Below, one piece after another: positions 1-13,247 of a stretch of DNA of 64,000 nt. The notes beneath the pieces were generated by a model. That model was not told the origin of the DNA and ran no database searches. It saw only the letters and a program-made list of their open reading frames with translations. The stretch comes from Octopus sinensis (taxonomy: Eukaryota): positions 93,930,001-93,994,000 of the forward strand of contig NC_043001.1 in assembly GCF_006345805.1 (NCBI RefSeq). The letters are read 5' to 3'. The stretch's first letter is position 1, and each line of letters opens with the position of its first letter. Both the position numbers and the translations under genes were made by a program.

Positions 1-118
1 CCGATATAATAAGAACTAGGCTTACAAAGAATAAGTCCTGGCGTCGATTTGCTCGACTGAAGGCGGTGCTCCAGCATGGCCTTCCAGCAGTCAAATGACT
101 TAAAGAAGTGAAAGAGTA
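1..118 (+). mobile_element. 3' end of SINE family B (truncated by window start)
   Basis: gaataagtcctgg..tcgatttgctcgact..aggcggtgctccagcatggcc..cagtcaaatgact matches the 3' ends of fuller copies at 42144-42540 and 50141-50541. Confidence 0.85.
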
Positions 119-180
119 ATAATAATAATAATGATAATAATGATAATAATAATAATATAATAATAATAATAATAATAATA

Positions 181-398
181 GGAAACCCCAAAATGGCAGA
201 TATTCAAAAGATAGTGCTCATGGGAACTGCTCATATCCTACGCAAAATACTTTCTATGTAATCTCAAGGTTTAAGACAAACATTTTTTTTCTTTTTCTTT
301 TTTAGACATCCACTAATACAACACAAAAAACAACCAAATATATGGCACACTAGGCATAACAAGAACTTGTACAAATATAAAGCAAAAGTCAAAACATA

Positions 399-405
<7 letters not shown>
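181..405 (+). mobile_element. 3' terminal fragment of an R4/Dong-clade non-LTR retrotransposon
   Basis: Translates GNPKMADIQKIVLMGTAHILRKILSM*, the typical C-terminus of R4-clade ORFs, followed by a 3' UTR. (AAT)n lies on both sides. Confidence 0.75.
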
Positions 406-429
<24 letters not shown>

Positions 430-634
430 TTCAAATCTTCCAACGATGGCAGCAATGTTAAGGAAGGGATGTGTCGATTACATCGACTACAGTGTTCAAC
501 AGTTACTTATTTTATCAATCCCCGGAAAGATGAAAGGCTAAGTCGACCTTGGCGTAATTTGAACTCATAACGTAGCAACAGACGATGTACCGCTAAGCAT
601 TTCACCTGGCCTGCTGACGATTCTGCCAGCTCAC
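430..634 (-). mobile_element. SINE family A, diverged copy
   Basis: Reverse complement shows the gagctggcagaa head, gagttcaaatt B-box and aggtcgact..gcctttcatc..ggg..gataaa body; the tail runs into (ATT)n. Confidence 0.8.
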
Positions 635-689
635 AACAACAACAACCATGATGATGATAATAATAATAACAACAATAATAATAATAATA

Positions 690-2740
690 CGCATACTCCT
701 CGAGAACTGTCATAACCAGCGCAGAAATTTCAGTTCTGCATGGATTGATCATTAAAAGGCTTTCAAAAGCATGCCGCATTCATGGATCTTGAAATCGCTG
801 AATATCTTCAAAATTTCTCCCGTGATTTCAAGCTTCCTGAAGCACAGCATATCAATGTGGAATACGAATTTCCAGTTATACCACTCAAATGGAGTACTGA
901 TCAGAAAAAAAATATTACTATCAACTCCGGCATTTTCACCTTTGATTTTCTGCATAGCCCTAATACCCCTAACAAGTGAATTCAGTAAAACAGGGCATGG
1001 ATATCAAATGGCAACAAGAAAATAAGTCATCTATTTTATATGGTTGAATGAAAACTCTATGGCAAAGACGATAATGAGTTTGAAGGACTACTACGTACTC
1101 TGAACGCATTCAGTGATGACACTGGGATGGAATTTGGTCTTGATAAATGTGCCAAGGCCACTTTCCAGAGAGAGAGAGAGACTGAAGACCTCACATTCAG
1201 TGGTGCTGGATGTTGACACACTCATAAAAGAACTCTAGCAGGAACAAACTTACAAATACCTCGGAATAAAAGAGGGCTCTGGTAATCAACATGCAAGTAT
1301 GACAGAGAAGATCAGGAAGGAGTGTTACAGGTGGGTTCGAGCAATCCTACAATCCGTGTTAAATGCACGTAACAAGGTGTTAGCTATAAATTCCTTAGCA
1401 GTGTTGCTATTTACAGATTCAATCCGTAAGTTGCTGATTTGCAATAAGTTGCACCACCCAAAGCAGACGCAGATCGTCTTTACCTACCCAGAGTTCAAAG
1501 GTGGTCGAGGCTTGATCTAATTTGAAATTTCCTACAAAACCACCAGAACTGGACTGGTAAAATATCATGTAACATCTAACGACTTGATGCTAAAGTTCGT
1601 TGAAAACCATGAAAGACGTAAGAAGATACATTCTGTGATGAAAGAGAGCAACACATTTTCATGTGAGTTGATGCATGGATTGAACTACATAAAGGAAGTG
1701 CAGCAACTGTTGTAGCAAATAGCAAAGCAAAATGCGCTTGATCAACTGGCTGATATGTGGGAACAAAAACCTCTGTATGGCAAATATGTGGCCCGCAGCG
1801 AACAAGCTGATGTAGACCAGAAGCACACTCATCAGTAAATACCGAGCTCAGGGCTAAAGGTAGAGAGTGAAGGCTTTATCTTGGCTGCTCAAGATCAGAG
1901 ATTATTGAGGCGGAACTATCAAGCCAAGTGATGAAAAATGGTGTAAACCTAAAGTGCCGATACTGCAATGAAGGAATAGAAACAGTCGACCACCTAGTCT
2001 CTGGATGTAAGGTTTTAGCACCTGTAGAGTGCAAATCAAGACATGACAGAATTGGCCAATATCTATAGAGGATAATGTGTCGGCATTATAAAGTCAAAAC
2101 TGTTGACATGTGGTACAAACACCCCATGAGGCTCTAACTGAAGGAGAAAATATAACTATTCTTTGGGACTTCCCTGTATGTACAGATCAGACCATCAAGG
2201 CAAATAAACCAGATATTGTTGCGAAAGACAAAAACAATAACGTCTGTTTATTGATTGATATAAGCATACTCTCTGGCCATAATATCTCGGCAAAATAATT
2301 TGATAAGCTTAGAAAATATAAAGATCTACTAATTGAAGTCGAAAAGATGTGGTATTTCAAGACGGTTACATTACCAATGATTGTAAGAGCACTCGGAATG
2401 ATCAAAAAAAGAAACTGAAAATTATTTAAGAATGATCACTGGCTTCCCATCCATGCAGGAAATGCAAAAGGTTGTCTCAACTGGTACGTCACACGTATTG
2501 AGAAGAGCATTGTCGCGGTGAATTTTCTTTCCTTTTATTTTATTTATCTACTTTACTATTTTTTCCTTTTTCTCTCTGTCTTCCCCTTTTTCTCTAACAC
2601 ATGACTGTAAAGGAACGATCTGGTGTGTTTGTCTTTATGGCCTACCAATGTATACAGAACGTTTCTCTGCCCTAGGTGTCAGGAAGACACTCGGCAAGAA
2701 ATGTAAAGAGAGCTGAAAGAAGATACTAATGAAAATGGTG
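690..2740 (+). mobile_element. Decayed 5'-truncated R4/Dong-clade LINE (RT, zinc knuckle, restriction-like endonuclease)
   Basis: Frame-broken peptides: AWIDH*KAF..MPHSWILKSL (RT), SHLFYMVE*KLY..DTGMEFGLDKCAK (decayed YMDD region), LYLPR.KGGRGL-like, CRYCNEGIETVDHLVSGC (CCHC) and LWDFPVCTDQTIKANKPDIVAKD..LLIDIS (REL). ORF ends TGTSHVLRRALSR* near 2521; the 3' UTR ends in (AAT)n. Confidence 0.9.
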
Positions 2741-2789
2741 ATAATAATAATAATAATAATAATAATGATAATAATAATAATAATAATAA

Positions 2790-3220
2790 TCTATACTATA
2801 ATGGAAAAAGTTGCTTACTAATTTGTATGTAACAATTACTAAAAGTACTAAAAGAAAGCAATTACTAAAGGGTTGACTATCTGGAAAATATTTTTATAAA
2901 TTCATGTTCTAAGAAATTTCCTCTAATTTCGATTTCTCAAGTATCTGGAATTTTTTACACTCCAATTTCTCGCAAATTTAAATATTCATTGCATTCACTG
3001 CGTCCAATTCTTTACAAATTTAAATATTCATTGCCTTCACTGCGGAGTATTCCATTTTCATTCGCGACGTCTATCACTTTCTCTTTGAAGTTTTCATTTG
3101 CTATTTGGAAAACCGACAGTTTATTCTATTATTGTATACGTAATGTATTATTTATTGAATGAACATTTTTAAAATAGCCGTATAATTTTTGAACGCGGGA
3201 TAGCAGCGAGAGGAGCCTAG
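2790..3220 (+). mobile_element. Probable non-autonomous Helitron inserted in the (AAT)n tract
   Basis: Starts a|TCtatactata and ends with a GC-rich subterminal segment and CTAG (3217-3220). Internal ~30 bp direct repeat caaatttaaatattcattgc.ttcactgcg x2. The base after CTAG is a, not the canonical t. Confidence 0.5.
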
Positions 3221-3235
3221 AAAGTTGGGTTATTC

Positions 3236-3430
3236 TCTTTTCTATTCTAAGCACAAGGCCCCAAATTCGATTAGATGGACGTCAGTACGCAACTGGTACT
3301 TATTTATCGACCCCGAAAGGATGAAGGGCAAAGTCGACCTCGGCGGAATTTGAACTCAGAACGTAAAGACAGACGAAATACCGCTAAGTATTTCGCCCGA
3401 CATGCTAACGTTTCTGCCAGCTCACCGCCT
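3236..3430 (-). mobile_element. SINE family A with alternative tail A2
   Basis: Well-preserved head and body; tail ggccttgtgcttagaatagaaag. Confidence 0.9.
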
Positions 3431-3796
3431 TCAAGTTGGGTAATTACTATTAGAAGACGAGGAGGAAGACAAAAGTTACCGCCAAGTACTCGAAACTTGC
3501 ACCTTATTCACAGTTTCAAACACTCTATACCACTAAGCCAATATATATACAAGTAGAACGAATACTTCAACAGTGACGCAATCGAGCACACACGGAGATA
3601 CACATGCACACAAATGAAAGGCAATGCGTGTGTGTGTGTATGTGTGTGCGTGTGTGTGCGTGTGCATATTTGCTGTTCACTGACGAAACTTGGTATGCAT
3701 CATTATTTTTGCGAAGTACTGTCAGTGAACAGGTTGCGGTTTCAAAGCGAAGAAAATATATTGACATAAGTGAAATTTTAATGTTGAAGTGAAACG

Positions 3797-4072
3797 GGTA
3801 CTACTTAAGTACAGAGCGATACTACGTAAATAGTACTACGTAAATAGTAAACGATACTACGTAAGTAGCGATACTACGTAAATACAGAGGTACTACCTAA
3901 ATACGAGTGTTACGTACAAAACATCTTAAATGTACGCTGTGTGGATGTGTAATGACACGCTAACCTTAACTAACACTAAAATCAGCCCTAACCATAAAAC
4001 TAAACCTAAAACTACCCCTTCCCTTCATATTGTTACGTAGATGCATCGGGTCTTCTGTATTTAAGTAGTGCC
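3797..4072. mobile_element. MITE with GG termini, degenerate 8-bp TSD and internal telomere-like repeats (Merlin-like?)
   Basis: TIRs ggtactacttaagtacaga / ggcactacttaaatacaga (17/19). Flanks gtgaaacg and gtgaaatt. Internal tactacgtaa repeats and ctaacc-like units. Confidence 0.6.
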
Positions 4073-5934
4073 GTGAAATTAACGGTTTATGTGTGTTCTT
4101 GAATGGCTTACAAACATCTACGCTGCAATTATTTTTGTTTCAGATCAAGTCACTTGCTATGCGGATACATCTCCGTAACTTTATTTTAAATCACCATGGA
4201 TACATGCCTGCAATGACTTACTCACTCTTTCCACTATTTTAATTTCTAAACAGAAATAATCGGGGGCAGGAAGTGGGGGTAGCAAAAAATTCATAATTTC
4301 TCAAACTTTCTTTTTTATAGCACATAAATGTATCTATGTGGAAAAATATTGAAAAACATCAATACATGCCAGAGTGATACAGGGACGAGGAGGGTTGTCT
4401 TCGGATATGATAGAAACAACAGCCAAATCGCCATTAAACCACTCACTTTTCTCTCTGGAAATATTAACAATCTTTAAAAAAAATTTTCCCGAAAATGTTC
4501 TTCCCATGGTTTCAAAGTGAAAAAATATAAAAAGGCCAAAATAGGTCTGGAGTGAGATGATGAGGGAGGGGGCGTAAGAAAAGTGTTTACAAAGCTTTTT
4601 CATACAAAGATCCGCCCCCACCATCACTCGAAGGTTGTGGCTTAAAAAATGAGGAAAATACCTCAAAAATTTCCCCACAAAATTTCTATATAATCGTAAT
4701 CTATGCCGTTTGAAAGGGATTTGTATAAATTTTCATTAAAAGATAGCCATCTTCCTGAAACTTATGAACGAAAAAAGTCAGATGATGTAAATTTTCCATT
4801 ACTCCTTTCTCCAACTCCTCGAAAAAATTCTCTCTCATAAATCCCTATATATTTTGAAGCCAAATCATCTAAGCGGTATTTGTAGAAACTTTTACTAAAA
4901 AGTATTCGTTTTTCTGGATGTCATGAGGCGTATACATCTGTAGTAATGTCCTTTGATTTATACGATTTTTGCATTTCATGTCTGTTTCCTTTGTTGTTTG
5001 CAATGTTCTCTCTCTCTTCTCTCTCTCTGTCTCACACACACACACACACTCGCACACTGCAAAGATTACAGAAGGGCTGCTGAAGTGAAATCTCTGTTGG
5101 CTTGAGGAGAAGGTAAAACTTGACAAACTACTCCCCCTCTGTTGTTGGACTACAGTGATGTTTGTTAAAGAAAGTGAGATTATGACTGTGATAAAATAAT
5201 GAAAGCAATACGTACTAAGCAAGTGGGCACTATTACATAGAGAAATAATTAGACGTAAAACATGAAAATTATTAGAATTGGGAATCAAATGTGAAAATAT
5301 TCTCAAGGCGCTAGCAGAAAACCACCCGAAGGGCAGTCTTTCTGCTAATAATAATAATGATAAGAGGAGAAGAAGACATTTCTTTAGTGGCCACAAGAGC
5401 GATAAAAATATTTAGGGTAATAGAGGGGCAAACGACCATAGAGATTTACTCAAACATGAGTAAGCATTCAGGTTTTGTTGTGCTCACTAGTGTTATTGAT
5501 GATTGCTTTGATAAAAGAAAGCCGTTGTCCTTACCGTTGTCATTGTTCTCGTTTCACATTTCTCTCAAGAAGCTTCTAGTATTATGAAAAAATTTCCCCG
5601 CTATCGCTTAGTTACATCTATCTATGTGTGTTACTGTCACCATAATTCGAAACGAGGATGCGAAAGGAAAGAAGAAAAATAAACATTTCAAGCTTTTGGT
5701 CATTTGAAATTCAAATTGGCAGCTCCACACACTTCAAAAAGGTGTTGAAAAAGCTAAAGAGAAGTAGGGGTTCTTATTAACTATTTAAACAAAAATTTAT
5801 TATAATAAGCAAGTTATTTAAAAGTAATAAAAACAATTGATAAAACTTTAGGTGTCTATACGTACACCTAACACAATCGATACTTCTTTGTAATTTACGC
5901 AAATGCCAGATAGTTTGAGAGGAGAGGAAAACTT

Positions 5935-6342
5935 AGCATCGAACCCAGTACCTTATTGGAACGATATTTTACCGACCCCGAAAGAATGAGAGGCAAACTT
6001 TATCGGAGTGAGACTTAGGCTTATAACGTAGAAAGTCGGAAGAAATACTGCGAAGTATTTTATCTGATACGTAAAAATAGTAGCAGCAGCAGTAGCAATA
6101 GTAGTAGTAGTAGTAGTATGAATAATCCTTTCTAATAAAAGCACAAGACCTGGAATTTGTGTGGCGGGTGGACTAGTAGATTACAATGGCCTCACTGTTT
6201 CACTCGTACTTATTTAATCGATCCAGAAAGGATGCAGGGCAAAGTCTACCTCGATGGAATTTGAACTAAGAACGCAGCGACGGGCGAAACCCCGCTAAGT
6301 ATTTCATTCAGCGTTTTGGCGATTGTGTTAGCTTTCTGCCTT
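5935..6342 (-). mobile_element. Two adjacent diverged SINE A copies (about 5935-6075 and 6121-6342) separated by (AGT/AGC)n
   Basis: cgaccccgaaag.atga and gaatttgaact..gaacg motifs are recognisable. Confidence 0.7.
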
Positions 6343-6565
6343 AGTAGTAGTAGTAGTAACAACAACAACAACAAGCTTGTTTTGCTTATAGCGCTCACGA
6401 GCACTTAAATACGTTGTAAAATTCTTTAAGACAAGTCGCGTAAAGATAGCAACGGTTGTCAAATATGCAAGCTGTGTACACAGAATAAAGCACATATGGA
6501 AAGAAGCGTAAAGAATAAGCGAGCCATAAAGAGGAGTGGATTCATACGTCTGTTAGAGAAATATA

Positions 6566-6950
6566 GTGGAGTCGCAATGGCCCAGTGGTTAGGGCAGCGG
6601 ACACGCGGTCATAGGATCGCGGTTTCGATTTCCAGAACGGGCGTTGTGAGTGTTTATTGAGCGAAAACATCTAAAAGTTCCACGAGGCTCCGGCAGGGGG
6701 GGGGGTGATCCCTGCTGTACTCTTTCACCACAACTTTCTCTCACTTTTACTTCCTGTTTCTGTTGCACCTGTATTTCAAAGGGCCGGCCTTGTCACTCTC
6801 TGTGTCACGCTGAATATCCCCGAGAACTACGTTAAGGGTGCACGTGTCTGTGGAGTGCTCAGCCACTTACACGTTAATTTCACAAGCAGGCTGTTCCGTT
6901 GATTCGGATCAACCGGTACCCTCATCGTCGTAACCGACGGAGTGCTTCCA
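6566..6950 (+). mobile_element. tRNA-derived SINE, head C + tail T1
   Basis: A-box tggcccagtggttagg and B-box ggtttcgattcc. Tail cacgttaatttcac.agcaggct.ttccgttg..cgtcgtaaccgacggagtgc is shared with 58972-59210. Confidence 0.85.
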
Positions 6951-7042
6951 GAGAAATATAAGAACATATACTAAAAATTCGCAATAATTACATAGGTATT
7001 TAGTATATTCGTGCGATAGTCTCCATCAATCTTTGCAACACA

Positions 7043-7294
7043 CACTGGTTTCATGAACCGGGGGGTCATGCGCATAACAATACCAATAAGGCCCTTTGTA
7101 TATAATTTGATTACTAGATATATTTATACATGTATATTATATTTATATTACATATATAATAAAAGAACATCATGTAGACTTCGACAGTTAAGCAGAAATA
7201 GAAACAGCATTTAATAATTTATTCTTCCTCTGCATCCGCAACCAAATGATCCACGGCATGGTATTAGACCGCGGCTCCGGGTTGAGATCCCTTG
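7043..7294. mobile_element. Possible old hAT-type MITE
   Basis: Degenerate termini cactggtttcatgaaccggggg and ccgggttgagatcccttg resemble hAT/Charlie TIRs; no clear TSD. Confidence 0.3.
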
Positions 7295-7971
7295 TTTTGC
7301 TTTACATTTATGCCTGCCCCCCCCCCATTTCGTTTGTGTGCGTAGGCGTGCGCATTTATGCTTGCGTGTGTGTATATATGTGTATATATGTATCTATCCA
7401 CCTATCCATATGTTTATCTGCATGCTTGCATGCATGCATACAAACATACATACAAACATACATACATACATACATTCAAACATACATACATACATAATAG
7501 ATAATTGAAAAAGAAACAAAATCAGGGAGAGAAAGAATGCGAGAACGTAAGAGCTAGCATTCAGTTTATAGCCCTGGTGATTAGGAGAGAGAGATTTCAA
7601 AAGATGGGCGATTATTCACATTAAGCACGTTCTTGCATGTTAGGAGCTATAGCGGCAAAGTAAAGTTCAAAAGAGATACAAAGGCGACATGTCCTCTAAG
7701 GGAACACGAACATGCATAGCCACATTAGCCCACGCCGACATTCCAATATGAATTATCACTTAATGACATTTATATATTTGCAAATGCTTACGCATACGAA
7801 TATAGTCATAAGCTCATTCATATACACATATACACAAACATACATGCATACAATCACCATACACAAACACATGCAGACACAAACACACAAACACGCGTGC
7901 ATACACACACACACACAAATGGATTACTTGAATGGTCCTCATGTACTGATAACAACTGGATAGAGTGAGGA

Positions 7972-8225
7972 ATGAATCCATGGGTTAACTTTGAGAATAA
8001 AAATGTAGTTTATAGCATAAGGTGTAGAGATAGACGGTGCAGAAACAGGATAACAACAAACATTGGGGAGACAGAACGTAGCATAGGGGAACGGATTGGC
8101 GACAACTGGTTGGGGCTCAAGGAGAAGAAAAGACCTTCAGTGTTCTACCAACATGCACAATTGGAACATAGAGGCAAGCTTAATAATACATATGTTAAGA
8201 AAATATCAACACATATACCAGGGGT
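7972..8225 (+). mobile_element. GIY-YIG endonuclease fragment of a Penelope-like element
   Basis: KNVVYSIRCRDRRC...NIGETERSIGERIGDN..VFYQH fits the PLE pattern VVY.I.C..C...YIGET.R.L..R..EH; the 3' side is cut off by a SINE. Confidence 0.8.
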
Positions 8226-8229
8226 GTAT

Positions 8230-8525
8230 TTTTGTTTGTTTGTTCCTTCTCGAGCCATGTCTGGCTCATAGGGGCGGTTTCTCGGTTTCCTTGACGTATA
8301 GGTTCCCCGCCTGGTCGGGTCGCCGGTCCGTGGCAGGTGAGCTGGAAGATGGGGGAGCAAAGAGTGAGAGAAAGTTGTGGCGAAAGAGTCAGCAGAAGTT
8401 CGCCGGAGCCGCGTGGAGCTTAGGTCTTTCGGTCATAAACACACACGTCGCCCGGTCTGAGATTCGAATCCGCGATTCCTCGACCTCGAGTCCAGTGCTC
8501 CAACCACTAGGACATGGGCCTCTAC
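8230..8525 (-). mobile_element. tRNA-derived SINE, head C + tail T3-like
   Basis: Reverse complement: tRNA-like head, aagctccacgcggctccggc and actctttcgccacaactttctctcactc (shared with 6566 copy), then gaaaccg..cctatgagcc tail similar to 56740-56990. Confidence 0.8.
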
Positions 8526-8619
8526 GACGGTTGTATGAAAAGTCTTGAGCCTCAAAGAAATACAAAATATGGTACAAGACTTCCGATGAAGGTACAAGTC
8601 TTCAAGGCTTTTCTCCGGA

Positions 8620-8875
8620 TGGTCTATGTTAGCCTAAACTGAATATATTAATGATAGACTTGATCATTATTTGAGCTGGATCATGTTTCGTAAGTCTGAA
8701 CTCAGAAGCAAGAACTGGTGGGAATACAAGCTTGCCAAAGTAGTAGAATATAAAGATATCACCGTTCTGGTGAACTTATTATTCAAATTGATTGAGCTTT
8801 TCAAGTCAATAGGCCAGATATTGTAGCAAAAAATCACGTTGACAAAACATACATAATTTATGCATATGGCTGGAA
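8620..8875 (+). mobile_element. R4/Dong-clade LINE fragment (REL endonuclease region)
   Basis: KNWWEYKLAKVVEYKDITVL...QVNRPDIVAKNHVDKT, with frameshifts. Confidence 0.7.
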
Positions 8876-9030
8876 ATTATGAGGGTTGGGCAACTATATT
8901 ACATCGGTCCCGTTACTTGATTCCGACTAGCACGGGCTAGTATTGAATATGCCGCTCAATATTCTATTTAAAACAATGACAACAGTAAAAAGAACAAAAC
9001 TATGAACAACAACAACAAGAACACCAGCAG

Positions 9031-9320
9031 TAATCTTTTCTACTATAGGCACAGGGGCTGAAATTTTTGAGGAGGGGGCAGTCGATTAGATCGACATCAG
9101 TAAGCAAATTGTACTTAATTTATTGGCCTCGAAATACCGCTAAACATTTCGTCCAGCGTGCTAACAATTCTGTCAACTCGCCAACTTAATATCAGCAGTA
9201 ATAATTCTTTTTTAGGATCGGGGCCTAGCTTATTACATCGTCCCCAGTGTGCAGAAAATTTTATCGATCCAGAAAAGGATACAAAGCAAAGTCGACCGCG
9301 GCGAAATTTGAACTGATCAC
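9031..9320 (-). mobile_element. Two internally deleted or truncated SINE A copies
   Basis: A2 tail (cttttctactataggcaca on +), gtcgattagatcgac and gaaatttgaact motifs. Confidence 0.65.
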
Positions 9321-9328
9321 TAATAATG

Positions 9329-9383
<55 letters not shown>

Positions 9384-9640
9384 TGATAATAATAAAAGTA
9401 AAAGTAATTTCTTTTATTTGCCACAAAGGCGAAGGGTGAGTGGGATAATAGAAAGCAAAACATACAATCTTTACAACACTTTCTAACCACCGAAAGTGCA
9501 ATGCAAAACATTCCTTACTAAGCCTTGGATATGAATAAGTGCATGTGTGTGTGCGTGTGAGTATCTTTGTGAGTGTGTGTGTGTACATATAAAGAAACAC
9601 TGTATACGTGCGTCTACTTGTGTCTATGAATATATATATT

Positions 9641-9672
<32 letters not shown>

Positions 9673-9924
9673 ATATATATCAAGAGGGATAGAGAGAGGG
9701 GAGGGAGAGAGAGTGAAAGAGTGTGAGATAGACAGAAAGAGGGAGAGAGAGAGATGCATAGATTGATGAATAGATAGATATATCACAAGCATCTATGTGT
9801 AGGCGTTGCGATATCGCAACGTACTTGTTGGCATGGAAGACTCCTTAGTGCATTATAAATCACAGAAATTTAACAAGCTCAGGTGGGCTAGCTGGCAAAA
9901 ACACACACAAACGCCGCAGCGACA

Positions 9925-10224
9925 TTCTGTGTGTGTGTGTGTGTATATATATATACATATATATATATACATACATATACATATATATATATACATACAT
10001 ATACATATATCTACATACATATACATATATATATATATACATATATATATATACACATATACATATATATATACATACACATATACATATATATATATAT
10101 ATTCACATATACATATATATATATACATATATATATATACATATACATATATATATACATACACATATACATATATATATATACATATACATATATATAT
10201 ATATACATATACATATATATATAC

Positions 10225-10256
<32 letters not shown>

Positions 10257-10589
10257 ACATATATATATATGCACACATATATATATATATATATATGTAC
10301 ATATACACACACATATTATATAATATATATACATATACATATAATACACATATATATACATATACATATATATTATCATATACATTATACATATACATAT
10401 ATATACATATATAATACATATATATATATATATATACAATATACATATATATATATACATATATATATATACAAATATAATATATATATACATATATATA
10501 TACAAATATATATATTATATATATATATATATATACACATATATATATAATACATATATATATATATACATATATATATAATATATACA

Positions 10590-10642
<53 letters not shown>

Positions 10643-10797
10643 CATATATACATCTTTTGTATATATATATGTATATATATAATATATATATATATGTATA
10701 TGTATATGTATATATGTTATGCATATATATATGTATATATATAATATATATATATGTATATGTATATATATTATATATATATATATTATAATATATA
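9925..10797. repeat. Long compound (TA)n/(TACA)n/(TACATA)n microsatellite
   Basis: Directly visible; accounts for the YIYI ORFs in the track. Confidence 0.98.
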
Positions 10798-11434
10798 CTA
10801 GCAGTATCGCCCGGCGTTGCTCGGGTTTGTAAGGGAAATAACTATATAAGCATTTTTAGAGAGTTATAGCCAAAAAATAGCAAAAAATGCATTAAAAACG
10901 GAAAAAATATGATGGTAAATTTTTTTTTAAATCGTTGACTCATCGTAGACATTTTTAGAGAGTTACTTCCCTTATATAATAGCGAAAAAATGCATTAAAA
11001 TGGAAAAAAAACGATGGTAAATTTTTTTTTAACTCGTAGAGTCATGTAGACGCTTTCTTAGCCATTTTTGTTTTGGTGTCTTCAAGCCATGAAGTCCTTG
11101 TTCTAAAAGAACGCTGGTCTCCTTGACAACGCATTACGACGTTGATTTCCTTACACTCCCTTCCCCACAGGTGCAGGTGTGAGCGTGGACGCCAACTCCG
11201 CCGCCATCGACACACGAAAAATTATGCATTAAAATGTAATAAAAAATGATGTTAAATTATTTTTAAAATCGTAGACTCATCGTAGACGCGCGGTAATACT
11301 CAGACGGGCTCGATATGAATCACGACTATAAGCTACCCGAATTTTGTTAAACTGCACCGCAAAATGTGGGAGTAGTTAGGAATCTAAATCGAAAGGGACA
11401 GACACTCACACAACTACAGTTTTACATATATAGA
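10798..11434 (-). mobile_element. Non-autonomous Helitron
   Basis: On the minus strand: A|TCtatatatgtaaaa 5' end, 3' hairpin cccgagcaacgccggg followed by CTAG|T. Internal ~100 bp tandem duplications. Termini are shared with 60185-60578. Confidence 0.8.
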
Positions 11435-11444
11435 TATACATAGC

Positions 11445-12045
11445 GCAGTAGTGGTGAGATGTGACAGCAAAGAAAAGCATACATTCACTCTCTGCATGCA
11501 ATTAGACTCGGAAAGTTCGTGAGGAACCCATTGACCCAATTTGCTGACTTTTCCGATAGCACACAGGTCTCAATGAATGGTTGAATGACCAAATCCAAGC
11601 TTCTCTGCTAGTTCCTCAACAGTTACGATGAGATTTTGTTCCACCAGGGTTTTCAGGATGTCCTTGTCGAGTTCTACAGATCTTTCAGGATGAGGCTCGT
11701 CTTCTAGGCTGTAGTTTATGGCTCGGAATTTCTGGAACCACCATTGACACTGCCTTACGCTTATTGTCCAATCCCCATATACTGCATTAATATTTCTTGT
11801 ACTTTCCGTTGCGTTGTTGTCTTTATTGAACTCATAAAGCAAAATATGCCAAATATGCTCCTTTGTTACTTCCAACATAGCTTTGAAAAAATAGCTGTTA
11901 AAATCGAAATGCACTCTTCAAAACTTGCACTATGAATAAGGACAAGATAAAATTACTACCTGCTTTTATAGCAAGTTAATATAAGTAGTTTATCCCATTC
12001 CCCTCTGACTTTTAGTTCAAGCTGTTGAAAAAACCGCATTATTAT
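11445..12045 (-). mobile_element. Mariner transposase remnant (N-terminal HTH to WVPHEL)
   Basis: ORF 11570-11914 MLEVTKEHIWHILLYEF...QCQWWFQKFR...LEDEP; after a stop it continues IGKVSKLGQWVPHELSES. Confidence 0.92.
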
Positions 12046-13018
12046 ATACATATATACATACATACCTACATACATATACACACACACTCTCTCTCACACA
12101 CACATGCACACATTTATATTCTGTTATTCTTTTATATGTTTCAGCCTTGAGGTTGTGGCCATGCTGGATCATGTGTGTGTGCGTGTGTGTCTATCTGTCT
12201 GTCTGTCTGTATGTATATATGTATAAGTATGTGTGTGAACAATAATATTTTCAACAGATGTGTTGCAAATGTATCTGATTGTTCTCAAGCTTCAATACTG
12301 TGTGTGTGTGTATGTGTGTGTGTGTATGTATATGTATGCATGTATGTATATGTATGTATGCATGTATGTATGTATGTGTGTGTATATGTGTGTGTGTATG
12401 TATGTGTGTATGTATGTATGTATGTATGTATGTATGTATGTATGTATGTATGTATGAGTGTATGTTTACTTTATTACTAACACAAGCCACTACGGTTATT
12501 TAATGTAAAGTCTTCCTCAAATCACTCTCTCTCGCTATTTACTCTCTTCCAAGAACATGTTCACTAACTCTTATGTCTTAGCTTCCCATACATTTCACTC
12601 ATGTATCTATCAGCGTCATAGACAGAAACAAATATTACATCGCCATCGTCACCGCATTCTATTGTCTACCTGTCAACACACTGAATTACTTTCACTTTAT
12701 TCGTAGCACACTGTGTGTGTGCGTTTGCGTGTGCTGTAAACCAGACTAAGGAAAGCATTTGACATACACACCAGAATGTGAGTTTTCTGTAAATTTTGCT
12801 TAATTGGAGTTTAAATTTTAAAAACTGGACCTGGCATGACCCGATGCATTCTACTCTTAAAAATGCTAAGTAAATTGTAATTGAAGAAATCCTATATTGC
12901 AGATTTCTATAAGATACAAAGGGAGGCAGATAAAATCTGCCTTTTATTATAAGAGATATATACGTTTAATGGCTGACGGTTAGTAAGGAGAGACACAAAT
13001 AAGTGAGAAGAAAACAAA

Positions 13019-13062
13019 GACCACTGATGCGGTCACAGGAGTGTGACGAAAGAACTCTGGCC
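13019..13062 (+). ncRNA. Degenerate minimal type I hammerhead ribozyme motif
   Basis: gacca CTGATGC g gtcac-aggagt-gtgac GAAA gaacTC tggcc. Stems I and II pair; A9 is C; stem III agaact is one base from the palindrome agtact. Confidence 0.55.
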
Positions 13063-13176
13063 GAAATAAGATTAAGATTAATGTAAAAAATAAATAACAC
13101 TGAAGCAAAGTAACACCAAATATATAGTGCGTGTGTTTTTATTGGCTAAACTGGCAAAATGACCATTCCGAAATAT

Positions 13177-13177
<1 letters not shown>

Positions 13178-13247
<70 letters not shown>

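Noticed and set aside
4869-5396. 175-aa minus-strand ORF
   Set aside because: Runs through (TTA)n, (TG)n and (GA)n repeats; no recognisable domain.
6566-6640. tRNA-like sequences (also at the heads of other SINEs)
   Set aside because: A and B boxes are present, but they continue into SINE bodies and lack complete cloverleaf ends; not tRNA genes.
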